Positions 9,407 through 19,754 of a DNA stretch of 64,000 nt are shown in pieces. The stretch covers positions 153,175 to 217,174 of the forward strand of contig JBKCNS010000022.1 in NCBI GenBank assembly GCA_046297095.1, in the 5' to 3' direction. The stretch's first letter is position 1. Each line of letters begins with the position of its first letter. The position numbers were made by a program, and so were the translations under genes. The DNA comes from Candidatus Kapaibacterium sp. (GTDB lineage Bacteria; Bacteroidota; Ignavibacteria; Kapaibacteriales; NICIL-2). Under the pieces are notes generated by a model, which was given only the letters and a program-made list of their open reading frames with translations, made no database searches and had not been told where the DNA came from.

Positions 9407-11983
9407 ATGAAACCGCTTCTCACATATACCGTCGCTCCGCGTCTGCCGGAGCGAATAGCTCGCCTTAAAGAGTTGTCCATGAACTTTTGGTGGACGTGGA
9501 ATGCAAAGGCTAAATCTCTGTTCGAAAGTATTCACCCCGAGTTATGGCAGCAGACCCATCACAATCCGGTGATGTTACTCAAGAGCGTTCCGCAAACTGA
9601 TCTAATGCAACTGGCAGCAGACCCCGGCTTTTGTGAGCGCCTGGATGCGGTGCTATCCGCATTTGATTCCTACATGCGCAGGCCGCATGCGCATTCTTCC
9701 GCATCTGCACTTAACGGAACCGTTGCATATTTCTGTGCAGAGTTTGGAATCACGGAGTGCTTTCAAAACTACTCGGGCGGGCTTGGCGTATTGGCAGGGG
9801 ATCATCTCAAAACGGCGTCGGACCGCATGTTGCCGTTGGTAGGCGTTGGGCTGTTGTATCAGCAAGGGTATTTCCATCAATACCTTTCCGAGAACGGCTG
9901 GCAGAGCGAGAAATATGCCGACGTCGACTTTTCGAATCTTCCATTGGAGCTCATCAATGATGGTGCGGGAGCGCCGCTTGTTGTGAATGTAGAGCTACCT
10001 AAGGGGCCGGCATATGCGCAGATATGGTGTGCACGCGTTGGCAGCATTCCTTTGTATTTGCTAGACACAAATATCTCAATGAATGACGCCGTGCCCGAGT
10101 ACCGCGACATCACCGATCAATTGTACGGCGGCACCACCGAGACTCGAATCATGCAAGAAATGATATTGGGAATTGGAGGTATGCGCGCGCTGGCAGCAAT
10201 GGGAATCTCGCCCGATGTATTGCATGTAAACGAGGGTCATGCTGCATTCTGCTCGTTAGAGAGAACCCGCATGCTGAAGAACGAATTCGGAATTGGCTTT
10301 GCTGAAGCACTGGAAGCTACACGTTCCGGCGGTTGCTTTACCACCCATACGCCCGTTCCTGCCGGTAATGAGATTTTTACCGTGGATCTCATGAAGCACT
10401 ATTTCTCTCGTTACTATCCTACCCTTGGTATAAGCGAGCAGGAACTGCTGGACCTTGGTCGTTTACCCGGTGGTTCGGACGAAGACGGTTTCTCCATGAC
10501 GGTACTGGGCCTTAAAACCTCTGTGTTCAGAAATGGTGTGAGCGAGCTTCACGGTGCCGTGGCCAGAGACATGTGGAAAGAGTTATGGCCGCATATGCGA
10601 GTGGACGAAGTGCCCATTCGCGGGGTGACGAACGGGGTGCACGTGATGACCTGGGTTTCCAAAGAGTTTGCTGACGTCTATGCACAAACACTGGGAGAGG
10701 CGTGGCACGAGACCCTTACAGACAACTCCATGTGGAACAAAGTACGGGATATTCCGGATGAAGTTTTGTGGAGAACTCACGAGCGCCGTCGCAGAATTCT
10801 GGTAGATAGAGTGCGCGAGCACGTACGCCGCAAGGATCCGTTACACATCAGCGAAAAAGATAAATCGACTGCCTTTGAATTGCTTCATCCCCACACTTTT
10901 ACCATAGGTTTTGCCCGGCGATTTGCCACCTATAAGCGGTCGGATCTCATGTTTAGAAACATGGAACGGCTCATGCGTCTGCTGTGTTCCGAGCAGCGTC
11001 CGGTGCAGATACTTATTGCGGGAAAGGCGCACCCTAGGGATATCGCCGGCAAAGAGATTATGCATCGCATTATCACATTACTGAAGAAGCATGATTTGGA
11101 ACGAAGAGTAGTGTTCCTGGAAGATTATGATATGGACATTGCCAAGGCATTGGTAAAGGGTGTAGATATATGGTTGAACACACCGCGCCGCCCCTATGAA
11201 GCTTCAGGCACCAGCGGAATGAAAGCAGCACTGAATGGTGTGTTGCACTGCAGTGTTCCGGATGGCTGGTGGGCTGAGGCTTATGATGGATCTAACGGCT
11301 TTTCTATTGGTAGGGGAGAGGAGTATCCCAGCGCGGACGAACAGGATATGATCGAGTCCGAACTTCTCTATCACATGCTCGAAACGATGATCGTGCCTGC
11401 GTTCTACGAACGCGACGATCGTGGAGTGCCGCGGCGCTGGATGGAATGGGTGAAAAATTCCATCGCCACCAATGCCGGTAGATTCTCATCGGCCCGCATG
11501 CTGGATGATTATGTGAACTTCTGTTATGTTCCTTCTGCTCAATTAGTGCAGTCACTGCTGGGCAACAATGCCGAGAATGCAGTGGCACTGTATGCTTGGC
11601 GGCAAGAGATATCACGGCGATGGCAGGGTGTACATGTTCGTGACGTTGTTATTGATGATGCCGGCGATGTGCACGTCGGAAAGACACTTCGGGTACAAGC
11701 TGTAGTTGAAACTTCAGGCATTGATGCTCAATACCTGCATGTGGAGTTGTGTCACGGCACCTTGGATGCACACGGAAGAATCACAAATCCATCTTATCAT
11801 ACCATGCACCTGCAGTTGACGCAAGGCTCAAGTATATGTACCTATACAGGTGAGTACGAGTGCACAAATAGCGGCAGTCAGGGAGTGAATATTCGAGTTT
11901 CTCCAAGCAACGCTTTGGTGCCATTTCCTCAGGATTTGAATTTGGTGCAGTATGCCCAAGGAATCGATGCACAGCATGCGTAA
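9407..11983 (+). CDS. glgP: Alpha-glucan (glycogen/maltodextrin) phosphorylase, GT35 family
   Basis: 866-aa ORF. The N-terminus MKPLLTYTVAPRLPERIARLKELSMNFWWTWN is typical of the alpha-glucan phosphorylase family. Pyridoxal-phosphate region ...IAGKAHPRD...EASGTSGMKAALNG is present. An alternative TTG start lies at 9383. Confidence 0.9.
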   Translation: MKPLLTYTVAPRLPERIARLKELSMNFWWTWNAKAKSLFESIHPELWQQTHHNPVMLLKSVPQTDLMQLAADPGFCERLDAVLSAFDSYMRRPHAHSSASALNGTVAYFCAEFGITECFQNYSGGLGVLAGDHLKTASDRMLPLVGVGLLYQQGYFHQYLSENGWQSEKYADVDFSNLPLELINDGAGAPLVVNVELPKGPAYAQIWCARVGSIPLYLLDTNISMNDAVPEYRDITDQLYGGTTETRIMQEMILGIGGMRALAAMGISPDVLHVNEGHAAFCSLERTRMLKNEFGIGFAEALEATRSGGCFTTHTPVPAGNEIFTVDLMKHYFSRYYPTLGISEQELLDLGRLPGGSDEDGFSMTVLGLKTSVFRNGVSELHGAVARDMWKELWPHMRVDEVPIRGVTNGVHVMTWVSKEFADVYAQTLGEAWHETLTDNSMWNKVRDIPDEVLWRTHERRRRILVDRVREHVRRKDPLHISEKDKSTAFELLHPHTFTIGFARRFATYKRSDLMFRNMERLMRLLCSEQRPVQILIAGKAHPRDIAGKEIMHRIITLLKKHDLERRVVFLEDYDMDIAKALVKGVDIWLNTPRRPYEASGTSGMKAALNGVLHCSVPDGWWAEAYDGSNGFSIGRGEEYPSADEQDMIESELLYHMLETMIVPAFYERDDRGVPRRWMEWVKNSIATNAGRFSSARMLDDYVNFCYVPSAQLVQSLLGNNAENAVALYAWRQEISRRWQGVHVRDVVIDDAGDVHVGKTLRVQAVVETSGIDAQYLHVELCHGTLDAHGRITNPSYHTMHLQLTQGSSICTYTGEYECTNSGSQGVNIRVSPSNALVPFPQDLNLVQYAQGIDAQHA

Positions 11984-12016
11984 AACAATGCACGGAGATT
12001 CACGTCGCACCGGTAT

Positions 12017-13298
12017 GAAACCCATACAACAGTTATTGGCAAGTATAACTCTGGCTCTAGTGATCGTCGCAATGGGTGGGAAGTTGCACGCGCAGACCTT
12101 ACTTATACCGATGGACGCCCGCTCGCAGACAGATCATCTTAAAGCATACGGGATTGTATACTGGATTCTCACGAATAATCAGCCGGTAGACTGGTTGCTT
12201 AATTACCGCGGGGGTTCATTTATGTGCACGTCGACGCCGGCTATTGCGGCTGAATGCAGGGTGCGCGGCGTTAGCTTCGAGACACTTGATGGTTCGTCTG
12301 TGGCCTCTGTGTTGGCTGAAGTGCAGAGCGACAAAAGCAATATGGATGTGGTTAAACTGGAGAAAGCTCCGCGTGTGGCCGTGTATCAACCGCCGGGTTT
12401 TCGACCCTGGGACGACGCCGTAACCTTGGCAATGGAGTACGCCGAGATTAAGTACGACAAGATTTGGGACGAAGAGGTGATGAAAGGGAAGTTGTCTGAG
12501 TACGACTGGCTGCACCTTCATCACGAGGACTTTACCGGCCAGCACGGAAAGTTCTTTAATAATTATGCTAATGCACCCTGGTACATCGCTCAGGTGCAAC
12601 TGTTGGAGAATACCGCGCGCAAACTCGGATTTGCCAAAGTTCCGGAACTAAAGAAAGCGGTGGTGGAGAAGATACGCAGCTACATAGCCGAAGGCGGCTT
12701 CATGTTTGCAATGTGTACGGCTACAGACACCTACGATATTGCTCAAGCGGCAAAGAATACCGACATAGTAGAGAGCATTCTGGATGGCGACCCCTCAGAC
12801 CCCTCGGCGCAGGACAAACTGGACTTTACGCGAACCTTTGCCTTCGAGAATTTTCATGTGATAACGAGTCCCTTCATTGTGGAATACTCGGACATCGATG
12901 TGGACCCTTCGTTGCTTATTCCGCAGCAATCCACGGACTATTTTACTCTCTTTGATTTCTCGGCAAAGTACGATCCCGTGCCCACAATGCTTACTCAGTG
13001 CCACGTGAATCTGGTGCGCGGCTTTCTTGGGCAAACAACATTGTTCAAAAAAGAGTTCTTGAAAAAGTCGGTCACCGTGCTGGCAGAGATGGACGGTAAG
13101 GGCTGGGCAAAGTACATTCACGGAAACTATGGCCGCGGCACATTCACCTGGTACGGCGGGCACGACCCCGAGGATTATCAGCATGCGGTGGGAGATCCTC
13201 CTACCGATTTAGCGCTACACAAGAATTCACCCGGGTACCGATTGATTCTGAACAACGTCCTCTTCCCGGCAGCGAAAAAGAAAAAGCAGAAAACGTAA
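12017..13298 (+). CDS. Hypothetical exported protein, possibly class-I glutamine-amidotransferase-like fold
   Basis: Signal peptide MKPIQQLLASITLALVIVAMGGKLHAQ starts at the internal Met; the ORF opens at 11952 and overlaps the end of glgP. No confident family assignment. Motifs VAVYQPPGF...WLHLHHEDF...GGFMFAMCTATD are reminiscent of ThuA/GATase1-like proteins. Confidence 0.6.
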
Positions 13299-13333
13299 GA
13301 TAGCAGCAGTCACAATACGCAATGGCGCTGGGA

Positions 13334-13408
13334 GCATAGCAGTACGTGCTCGGCCCGCAGCGGTAATCGGCGCATAGCAGTATGCGGCTCGTAGCGGTTA
13401 AACTCCGG
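13334..13408. repeat. Two tandem imperfect ~37-nt direct repeats in a convergent intergenic spacer
   Basis: gcatagcagtacgtgctcggcccgcagcggtaatcgg is followed by cgcatagcagtatgcggctcgtagcggttaaactccgg. A third copy of the atagcag core lies at 13301. Each unit contains a short hairpin, e.g. CGCATA-GCAG-TATGCG. Confidence 0.5.
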
Positions 13409-13449
13409 CCCGGCGTATCATCAGATGAACTTCTACCGTGGTGAGATTG

Positions 13450-13980
13450 TTATTTAGCCTTCTGCGGTGGGTTGGCAATGGCGTCTTTGATCATCTGCTC
13501 CATTTCTGCGTCGAGAATTCCGTTGGAATTCCAGAAATGAACCTCGTGGGTAATGTACGATTCGTTGCCGCTGAGTTCCACCGTCATCACTACTTGAATA
13601 CCCTGCTTCTCCGGTAATTCACGAAGAGCAAAATTGTATTGTACACGGCCTGCTTCCCACACGCCGCCGCGAATCATGGGCACCTTGCCGTATTTCAACA
13701 TGACGTCCCGCGTTGAATCCTCGCCCACAACGATCACACATGCTTCCGAGCGAATGTTTGCTTTGTTTAAGCCGTTGTCGTCTACAGACGAAGGTTTGCT
13801 TTCAATGGCACAACCTTTATTCTTAATGCAACTCAGTACGGTTTTGTATACCGTTGCAAAGGGTTTTTGAAAGGTCATGGTGGTGGTGATCAGCGAGTCC
13901 GGCGTAAAATCAAATTGCGCGCGAACATCTACACACGTTGCCACCAAAAACAGAACAAGCACGGTAAGAAGAGACTTCAT
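13450..13980 (-). CDS. Hypothetical exported protein
   Basis: Signal peptide MKSLLTVLVLFLVATCVDVRAQ. No recognisable catalytic motif. Confidence 0.6.
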   Translation of the reverse strand: MKSLLTVLVLFLVATCVDVRAQFDFTPDSLITTTMTFQKPFATVYKTVLSCIKNKGCAIESKPSSVDDNGLNKANIRSEACVIVVGEDSTRDVMLKYGKVPMIRGGVWEAGRVQYNFALRELPEKQGIQVVMTVELSGNESYITHEVHFWNSNGILDAEMEQMIKDAIANPPQKAK

Positions 13981-14137
13981 AACTCGGAACAATCGTGAAA
14001 CACAACTCATCAGACACGATGAAAATAGGAAAAGCTAACGGATTGACTATAGTTCCCGCGCGCATATCCGAAGCCTGCTACTGTTGCTGCGAATACCGGC
14101 AGAGTGCGCACGTTCCTCGAACCCGTATTTTTGCCCA

Positions 14138-15490
14138 ATGAATGTGTGCATACATACACTGGGCTGCAAACAGAACTATGCGGAATCCTCGTATCTGCGC
14201 GATCAGTTCCGCTCCGCCGGCCATGAACTGGTTGGCTTCGACGGGCAGTTCGATGTATTGCTCGTTAACACATGTTCGGTAACCGAACGCGCCGATGCAG
14301 AGTGCCGTAAAATTGTGCGGCGCGCGTTGCGCCAATGTCCCGATGCCTTTGTGGCCATTACCGGTTGCTACGCGCAGTTACAGCCCGAAGAGATTGCTTC
14401 TATAGACGGCGTGGATGCGGTGTTCGGAGCCCGATATAAGTTCTCTATTACCTCGCTGATAACGGATTTTTCCAAGCGAAACATTCCGTTGATTTTCACA
14501 GACGACAGCGATGATCTTGATGATCTTACCTTTGTTCCTGCCTTAGTTACCGATGCTCATGCCAGAACACGGGCCTTCCTGAAGGTGCAAGACGGATGCG
14601 ATTACTCGTGCAGTTTTTGTACTATTCCTCGTGCCCGCGGCGCAGGCCGTAGCATGGCAGCCAACGATGTGCTGAACAGTGTGCGCCAACTGGCGGAATC
14701 CGGGTACAAGGAAGTAGTGCTCACGGGAATCAACCTGGGCGAATACAAGGCGCCGGGCGGTGAGCGCTTTGCCGATATTGTACAAGCTCTAGACCAAGCG
14801 ATTCGTGGCCTACGATTGAGAATAAGTTCCATAGAGCCGAATAAACTCAGCAATGAGATTATAGACTGTGTTGCACAGTCGCAGGTGTTTTGCCGTCACT
14901 TTCATATTCCGCTGCAAAGCGGCTCTGATACTATTCTGCGCGCCATGCGCCGCCGCTACACGGCAGCATATTACGCGGGATTGATAGATCGAATTCGTGC
15001 CGCCATGCCCAATGCCGGAATAGGCATTGATGTGATATGCGGATTCCCCGGCGAGACCGATGAACTCTTTGCCGAGACGGTAGAGTTCTTGGAAAAACTC
15101 CCGTTCAGTTATCTGCATGTGTTTAGATATAGTGAGCGGGCTTATACGGCAGCAACTGCATTCGCCGATCCCGTGCCCGAGCGCGTGCGCAAGCAACGAA
15201 CTACGATTTTACGAGAGCTGTCTGCGCGCAAACACCATGAGTTTCTGCAAGCTCAAGTTGGAACCGATGCCGTTGTGATTCTAGAGAAGCCGGACCCGGA
15301 GACAGGTTTGCAGTATGGTTATGCCTCGAATTATGCCAGGGTATGTGTGGGCAAGGGTGAGTATTCGGTAAACAGCACGGTGCACATGCATCTTAGCGGT
15401 GTAGGGGATGAAGTGATGCATGGTGTTGTGCTACGTGTAGAGACTCCCACTGCACATAGCGAGTATTTTCCTTTGCCGGTGATGAGTTAA
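14138..15490 (+). CDS. mtaB: MiaB-like radical-SAM tRNA methylthiotransferase (MtaB family)
   Basis: The N-terminal MTTase domain begins MNVCIHTLGCKQNYAES. The radical-SAM CxxxCxxC cluster reads CDYSCSFCTIPRARG. Typical G-rich motifs are present. Confidence 0.8.
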   Translation: MNVCIHTLGCKQNYAESSYLRDQFRSAGHELVGFDGQFDVLLVNTCSVTERADAECRKIVRRALRQCPDAFVAITGCYAQLQPEEIASIDGVDAVFGARYKFSITSLITDFSKRNIPLIFTDDSDDLDDLTFVPALVTDAHARTRAFLKVQDGCDYSCSFCTIPRARGAGRSMAANDVLNSVRQLAESGYKEVVLTGINLGEYKAPGGERFADIVQALDQAIRGLRLRISSIEPNKLSNEIIDCVAQSQVFCRHFHIPLQSGSDTILRAMRRRYTAAYYAGLIDRIRAAMPNAGIGIDVICGFPGETDELFAETVEFLEKLPFSYLHVFRYSERAYTAATAFADPVPERVRKQRTTILRELSARKHHEFLQAQVGTDAVVILEKPDPETGLQYGYASNYARVCVGKGEYSVNSTVHMHLSGVGDEVMHGVVLRVETPTAHSEYFPLPVMS

Positions 15491-15542
15491 TGCCGACAGC
15501 GCTGCGCGCAGCTTTTTATAGTTTGATTGTAGATTCCATGTC

Positions 15543-16157
15543 ATGAGAGTTTGTGCACGAACATATAGTAGCATTATAGGATTGATCCTAGTTGGAGTAG
15601 CGCTGGTTGGTACCGGCTGTGGTTCATCCGGCTTCACGGTGCCCGCTACGTACATCACGAAGGAGCGCCTACGCCTGGGCTACAAAACTGTTGTGATCCG
15701 CGAGCTCACAGGATCGTGGAGTGCGTTCGAAAAAACCGGTTATGTTCCCGCGTATCGATTTGCCATGCTCGACGAAAAAGGAGTCACCGTGTGTGAGTGG
15801 GTTGGTGCTTTGCATTTCGAGCAGTCGTTGCTGAAACAGTCTGCGCAGGTATTGCTGGCCAAGGACTCTGAGGTGGATTCTCTGCGCACATCAACTCTAT
15901 GGAGATTCAGCGACACCCTCCACGTACATACTACAGCAGGCACGGCACCGGCGATAACGCAGTACTGGAGTGTGGATAGCACGGCAGCCGGCGCGGTTTT
16001 CGAAAAATATAGGCTGCCTGTGGGTGAAGGTGGCTCGGGAGGGCGTATCGCGGCAGTACCCGATGCGAGTGCCATGAAGAAGATTATGGACGAGGCAGGG
16101 AAGTATGTCTATTTCGATATTAAGCGATACGTGATTTCTACAGTGGCGGAAATGTGA
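15543..16157 (+). CDS. Hypothetical lipoprotein or exported protein
   Basis: N-terminal hydrophobic segment ending LVGTGCGSS (lipobox-like). No family call. Confidence 0.6.
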   Translation: MRVCARTYSSIIGLILVGVALVGTGCGSSGFTVPATYITKERLRLGYKTVVIRELTGSWSAFEKTGYVPAYRFAMLDEKGVTVCEWVGALHFEQSLLKQSAQVLLAKDSEVDSLRTSTLWRFSDTLHVHTTAGTAPAITQYWSVDSTAAGAVFEKYRLPVGEGGSGGRIAAVPDASAMKKIMDEAGKYVYFDIKRYVISTVAEM

Positions 16158-16921
16158 AAACAGTAGTTCTTCAAGTAGCCTTCGACGGCACACAGTACAG
16201 CGGAATGCAAAACCAGCGCAGCGCTCCCAGTGTGCAGCAGGAGTTAGAACGCGCGTTCCATCAGACCATCGGTTATCATTGTCACGTGATTGCAGCCGGT
16301 CGCACTGATGCCGGCGTGCATGCGCGCGGAATGGTTGTGCACGCTCGAGTTCGCGACGACTGGGCAATTGAGGAAGGTAAAATCAAAGTGGCCATAAACT
16401 CCCGATTGCCGAAGGATATTCGTGTTCGCGGAGCCCAGTTGCGCTCCGACGATGTATTCCATGCGCGCTTCGATGCCATTGGCCGCGAGTATAGTTACAC
16501 ACTGCAAACACGCGAGGATCCATTGCAGCGCCTGTACGCATGGCAAACCCGATATGTTCTGGACCGTAGTGTTTTAACGGATAGTGCCAACGTATTTATC
16601 GGTGCTCATAACTTTACCACCTTCTCGAAGAATAACGAGGAAATTCACTCGTACCTCTGCACGGTGAGCGAGTGCCGATGGGAGCACGTGGACGATATCA
16701 CCATGCGGTTGCATATTCGGGCAAATCGATTTGTGTACGGAATGGTCCGCTCGTTAGTGGGAGCAATGGTAGATGCTGCACGAGGAAAGAGAAGTATCGA
16801 CAATCTTCGCACAAGTTTGGCTGCCTGTGATAGGCGCTTGGTCAGCCCACTGGCCCCCGCGGAAGGTTTGGTGTTTGAAGCCGCTTACTATCCCGACGAA
16901 TTAGGCGTAGTGTTTTTGTAA
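16154..16921 (+). CDS. truA: tRNA pseudouridine(38-40) synthase
   Basis: GTG start overlaps the upstream stop by 4 nt. TruA signature ...VAFDGTQYSGMQNQ...AAGRTDAGVHARGMVVH. Confidence 0.9.
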   Translation: MKTVVLQVAFDGTQYSGMQNQRSAPSVQQELERAFHQTIGYHCHVIAAGRTDAGVHARGMVVHARVRDDWAIEEGKIKVAINSRLPKDIRVRGAQLRSDDVFHARFDAIGREYSYTLQTREDPLQRLYAWQTRYVLDRSVLTDSANVFIGAHNFTTFSKNNEEIHSYLCTVSECRWEHVDDITMRLHIRANRFVYGMVRSLVGAMVDAARGKRSIDNLRTSLAACDRRLVSPLAPAEGLVFEAAYYPDELGVVFL

Positions 16922-16938
16922 TTGATTATCGTACCGCA

Positions 16939-17793
16939 ATGCAAAGAGTAGAAAAGTTTAAGGTGTCAGTCTGGATTCAGCGCACACGGCAAGGAACACG
17001 AGTTCCGCTTTTGATTGCGCTCGCGGTGTGTGTGCTTACGGCCGTTCAGTCATGCCGCGATATCAACGTGTATCCGGTATCGCAGGATGTATCCATGGGA
17101 GCCAGTATTGACAAAGAGCTTCGAACAAACTCGAAGGAGTACAAAATCTACCAGGACGAAGTTGTTCGCGGTTACGTTCAAGACATTGTTAAGAAGATTG
17201 TTGCTCTGCCCGGTATCAAGTATCGTGAGCAGTTTCCCTACACCGTAACTATTATCGACGATTCCAAAACACTTAATGCCTTTTGCACTCCGGGTGGTTA
17301 CATCTATGTGTATACGGGACTCATCAAGGCACTGGATAATGAAGCCTCGCTGGCTGCCGTACTTGGTCACGAGATAGCTCATGCAGAGTGCCGGCATAGC
17401 ACCGAGCGCATGACGAAATCACTGGGAGCGCAGATTGTATTGGATCTGGCTTTGGGCAACGACGCATCGGCTGCCACGCAAACAGCCGCCAATCTTTTTA
17501 CCGGATTGGCATTGTTACGGAACAGCAGAGATAATGAAGATGAGGCGGACGAGCAGTCCTTCAAGTATCTCATGAATTCAGTGTGGTATCCCGGTGCTAT
17601 CTCATACTTCTTCGAGAAGGTGAATAATCGTTCGCGCGGTGGTGCTTTGGAGCGGTGGACATCTACGCACCCACTGCCTCAAGACAGAATTGATGCAACC
17701 GCTCGGCGAATCAAAGAAGCCAAACTTTCATCGCCTACGGAAGCGCAGTTGTTCAGCGATAGATATCTTCAGATGAGAAATAGAATTAGATAA
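16939..17793 (+). CDS. M48-family zinc metallopeptidase (exported)
   Basis: Signal peptide; HEIAHAECRH zinc-binding HExxH motif in an M48-like context. Confidence 0.8.
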   Translation: MQRVEKFKVSVWIQRTRQGTRVPLLIALAVCVLTAVQSCRDINVYPVSQDVSMGASIDKELRTNSKEYKIYQDEVVRGYVQDIVKKIVALPGIKYREQFPYTVTIIDDSKTLNAFCTPGGYIYVYTGLIKALDNEASLAAVLGHEIAHAECRHSTERMTKSLGAQIVLDLALGNDASAATQTAANLFTGLALLRNSRDNEDEADEQSFKYLMNSVWYPGAISYFFEKVNNRSRGGALERWTSTHPLPQDRIDATARRIKEAKLSSPTEAQLFSDRYLQMRNRIR

Positions 17794-17861
17794 CGAATGG
17801 ACGAGCGGAAGAATTTGCTGCATTCAAGAGCTATTGCCAGAACTTCAAACATCATAATACA

Positions 17862-18650
17862 ATGAATATTCTAGAGAGAACGACGGCACTGCAATCCACG
17901 AACAGCATGCTGTGTGTGGGCCTGGACTCGAGCCTGGAAAAGCTTCCCGCCGGTATTCCGCGCACCATGCAAGGCCTGCTTGAGTTCAATAGGCACATTA
18001 TTGATGCTACCAAAGATGTATGCTCCGCCTATAAGCTGAACTTTGCGTTCTATGAGCAATACGGTCACAAGGGTGTGCAAGTATTGGAACAAACCGTTGC
18101 CATGCTACCCTCTACACACATTCGCATTGCTGATGCAAAGCGCGGAGATATAGGCAACACCGCAGAAGCCTACGCGCGCTCGGTGTTCGAGCATATGCCC
18201 TTCGACTCCGTAACGGTGAGTCCGTATATGGGTGCGGATTCGGTAACGCCGTTTCTGGCGTACTCCGAAAAGCTTGTGTTTATCCTGGCGCTTACCTCCA
18301 ATCCGGGGTCGCATGATATTCAGAGACAGCAGTTGCCGTCGGGAACACTATACGAGCACGTGATGCAAACAGCACTTCAATGGGAAGGGCCTGCGGAAAA
18401 AGGATTTGTTGTGGGTGCAACGCATGCTCAGGAGCTTGCCCTGGTGCGCTCTCGTTTTGCCCACGTTCCGTTTCTTATCCCGGGCGTAGGAGCGCAGGGA
18501 GCAGATCCCGCTGATATACGGCGTGCAAACGCGGGGGGCCCTGCATTTGTCAATTCCTCTAGAGCCATACTCTATGCATCAAGCGGCAGCGACTTCGCCC
18601 AGAGGGCCCGGCAGGTAGCTCAATCCACAGCGGCCGAGTTACAGGCCTAA
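17862..18650 (+). CDS. pyrF: Orotidine-5'-phosphate decarboxylase (type 2)
   Basis: LCVGLDS...IADAKRGDIGNTAEAY active-site region typical of long-form PyrF. Confidence 0.85.
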   Translation: MNILERTTALQSTNSMLCVGLDSSLEKLPAGIPRTMQGLLEFNRHIIDATKDVCSAYKLNFAFYEQYGHKGVQVLEQTVAMLPSTHIRIADAKRGDIGNTAEAYARSVFEHMPFDSVTVSPYMGADSVTPFLAYSEKLVFILALTSNPGSHDIQRQQLPSGTLYEHVMQTALQWEGPAEKGFVVGATHAQELALVRSRFAHVPFLIPGVGAQGADPADIRRANAGGPAFVNSSRAILYASSGSDFAQRARQVAQSTAAELQA

Positions 18651-18725
18651 GGTCTGCTCGATGGGGCTCTGCGCTCGCGTGGCTATCTTTGCAGTCGATC
18701 ACATTCACACCACCTTTACAGAATC

Positions 18726-19754
18726 ATGGCGCAGACGTATACCCTTGTAACCGGAGCTAACGGCGAGATTGGCCATTCGCTGCTCGAAGCACTGCACGCA
18801 GAAGGCCAGCATATTATTGCCGTCGATTTACAACCGTTGTCTGCTGAAGCAGCACAGAGCTGTGCGCGCACGTTTAGCGGGGCTATGGGTGATATTACCA
18901 ATCCTGATTTGTATAAGGAGCTGTCTGCCTACGACATCACTGAGGTGTATCATCTGGCAGCATTGCTTTCTACAAGTGCAGAGAAAAATCCGCCACTGGC
19001 GCAAACCGTGAATGTAGGGGGAACGCTTCAGCTATTGGAGTTTTGTAGGGCAACCGGTAAGCGCATGGGTGTGCCGGTAAAGTTCCTCTTTCCCAGTACT
19101 ATAGCCGTGTATGGCTTTGCCACGCTAAGTGATAAAACACGCGCCGGACGTATTGACGAAACTCAAGGCTTGCAACCTCGTACCATGTATGGTATCAACA
19201 AACTCTATTGCGAAAATCTTGGTTCGTACTTCGATGAGCTGTACATGCAGCTTTCACCAACCAAGGAACATGGCTGGGTTGATTTTCGCGGTGTGCGATT
19301 CCCCGGATTGATCTCCGCATTTACCGTGCCTACCGGTGGCACCAGCGATTATGCACCCGAGATGGTGCATGCTGCAGCGCAAGGAAAATCCTATTCCTGT
19401 TTTGTGCGTCCCGATGCGCGCATTCCGTTTATGGCTATGCCCGATGGCGTTCGAGCTCTGCTGATGCTTCGATCAGCACCCAAAGAAAATCTCACCCGGC
19501 ATATCTATAATATCGGCGCTTTTGCACCATCTGCTGCGGACATTTGCCGGCAGGTACAACTCATGTTTCCTGCGGCCGATATCAGTTTCGCACCGGACGT
19601 GCATCGCCAGGCAATTGTGGACTCGTGGTGCGAAGATGTGAACGACGACGCGGCTCGCAACGATTGGGGCTGGCATGCCGAGTACGACTTCCCGCGCACT
19701 TTTACCGAATACCTGGCACCGCACATTACTAAGAGATATGCAAGCGGCAGCTGA
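18726..19754 (+). CDS. NAD-dependent epimerase/dehydratase family protein (SDR; possibly L-threonine 3-dehydrogenase-like)
   Basis: N-terminal Rossmann motif VTGANGEIGHSL; catalytic YxxxK (YGINK). Confidence 0.8.
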   Translation: MAQTYTLVTGANGEIGHSLLEALHAEGQHIIAVDLQPLSAEAAQSCARTFSGAMGDITNPDLYKELSAYDITEVYHLAALLSTSAEKNPPLAQTVNVGGTLQLLEFCRATGKRMGVPVKFLFPSTIAVYGFATLSDKTRAGRIDETQGLQPRTMYGINKLYCENLGSYFDELYMQLSPTKEHGWVDFRGVRFPGLISAFTVPTGGTSDYAPEMVHAAAQGKSYSCFVRPDARIPFMAMPDGVRALLMLRSAPKENLTRHIYNIGAFAPSAADICRQVQLMFPAADISFAPDVHRQAIVDSWCEDVNDDAARNDWGWHAEYDFPRTFTEYLAPHITKRYASGS

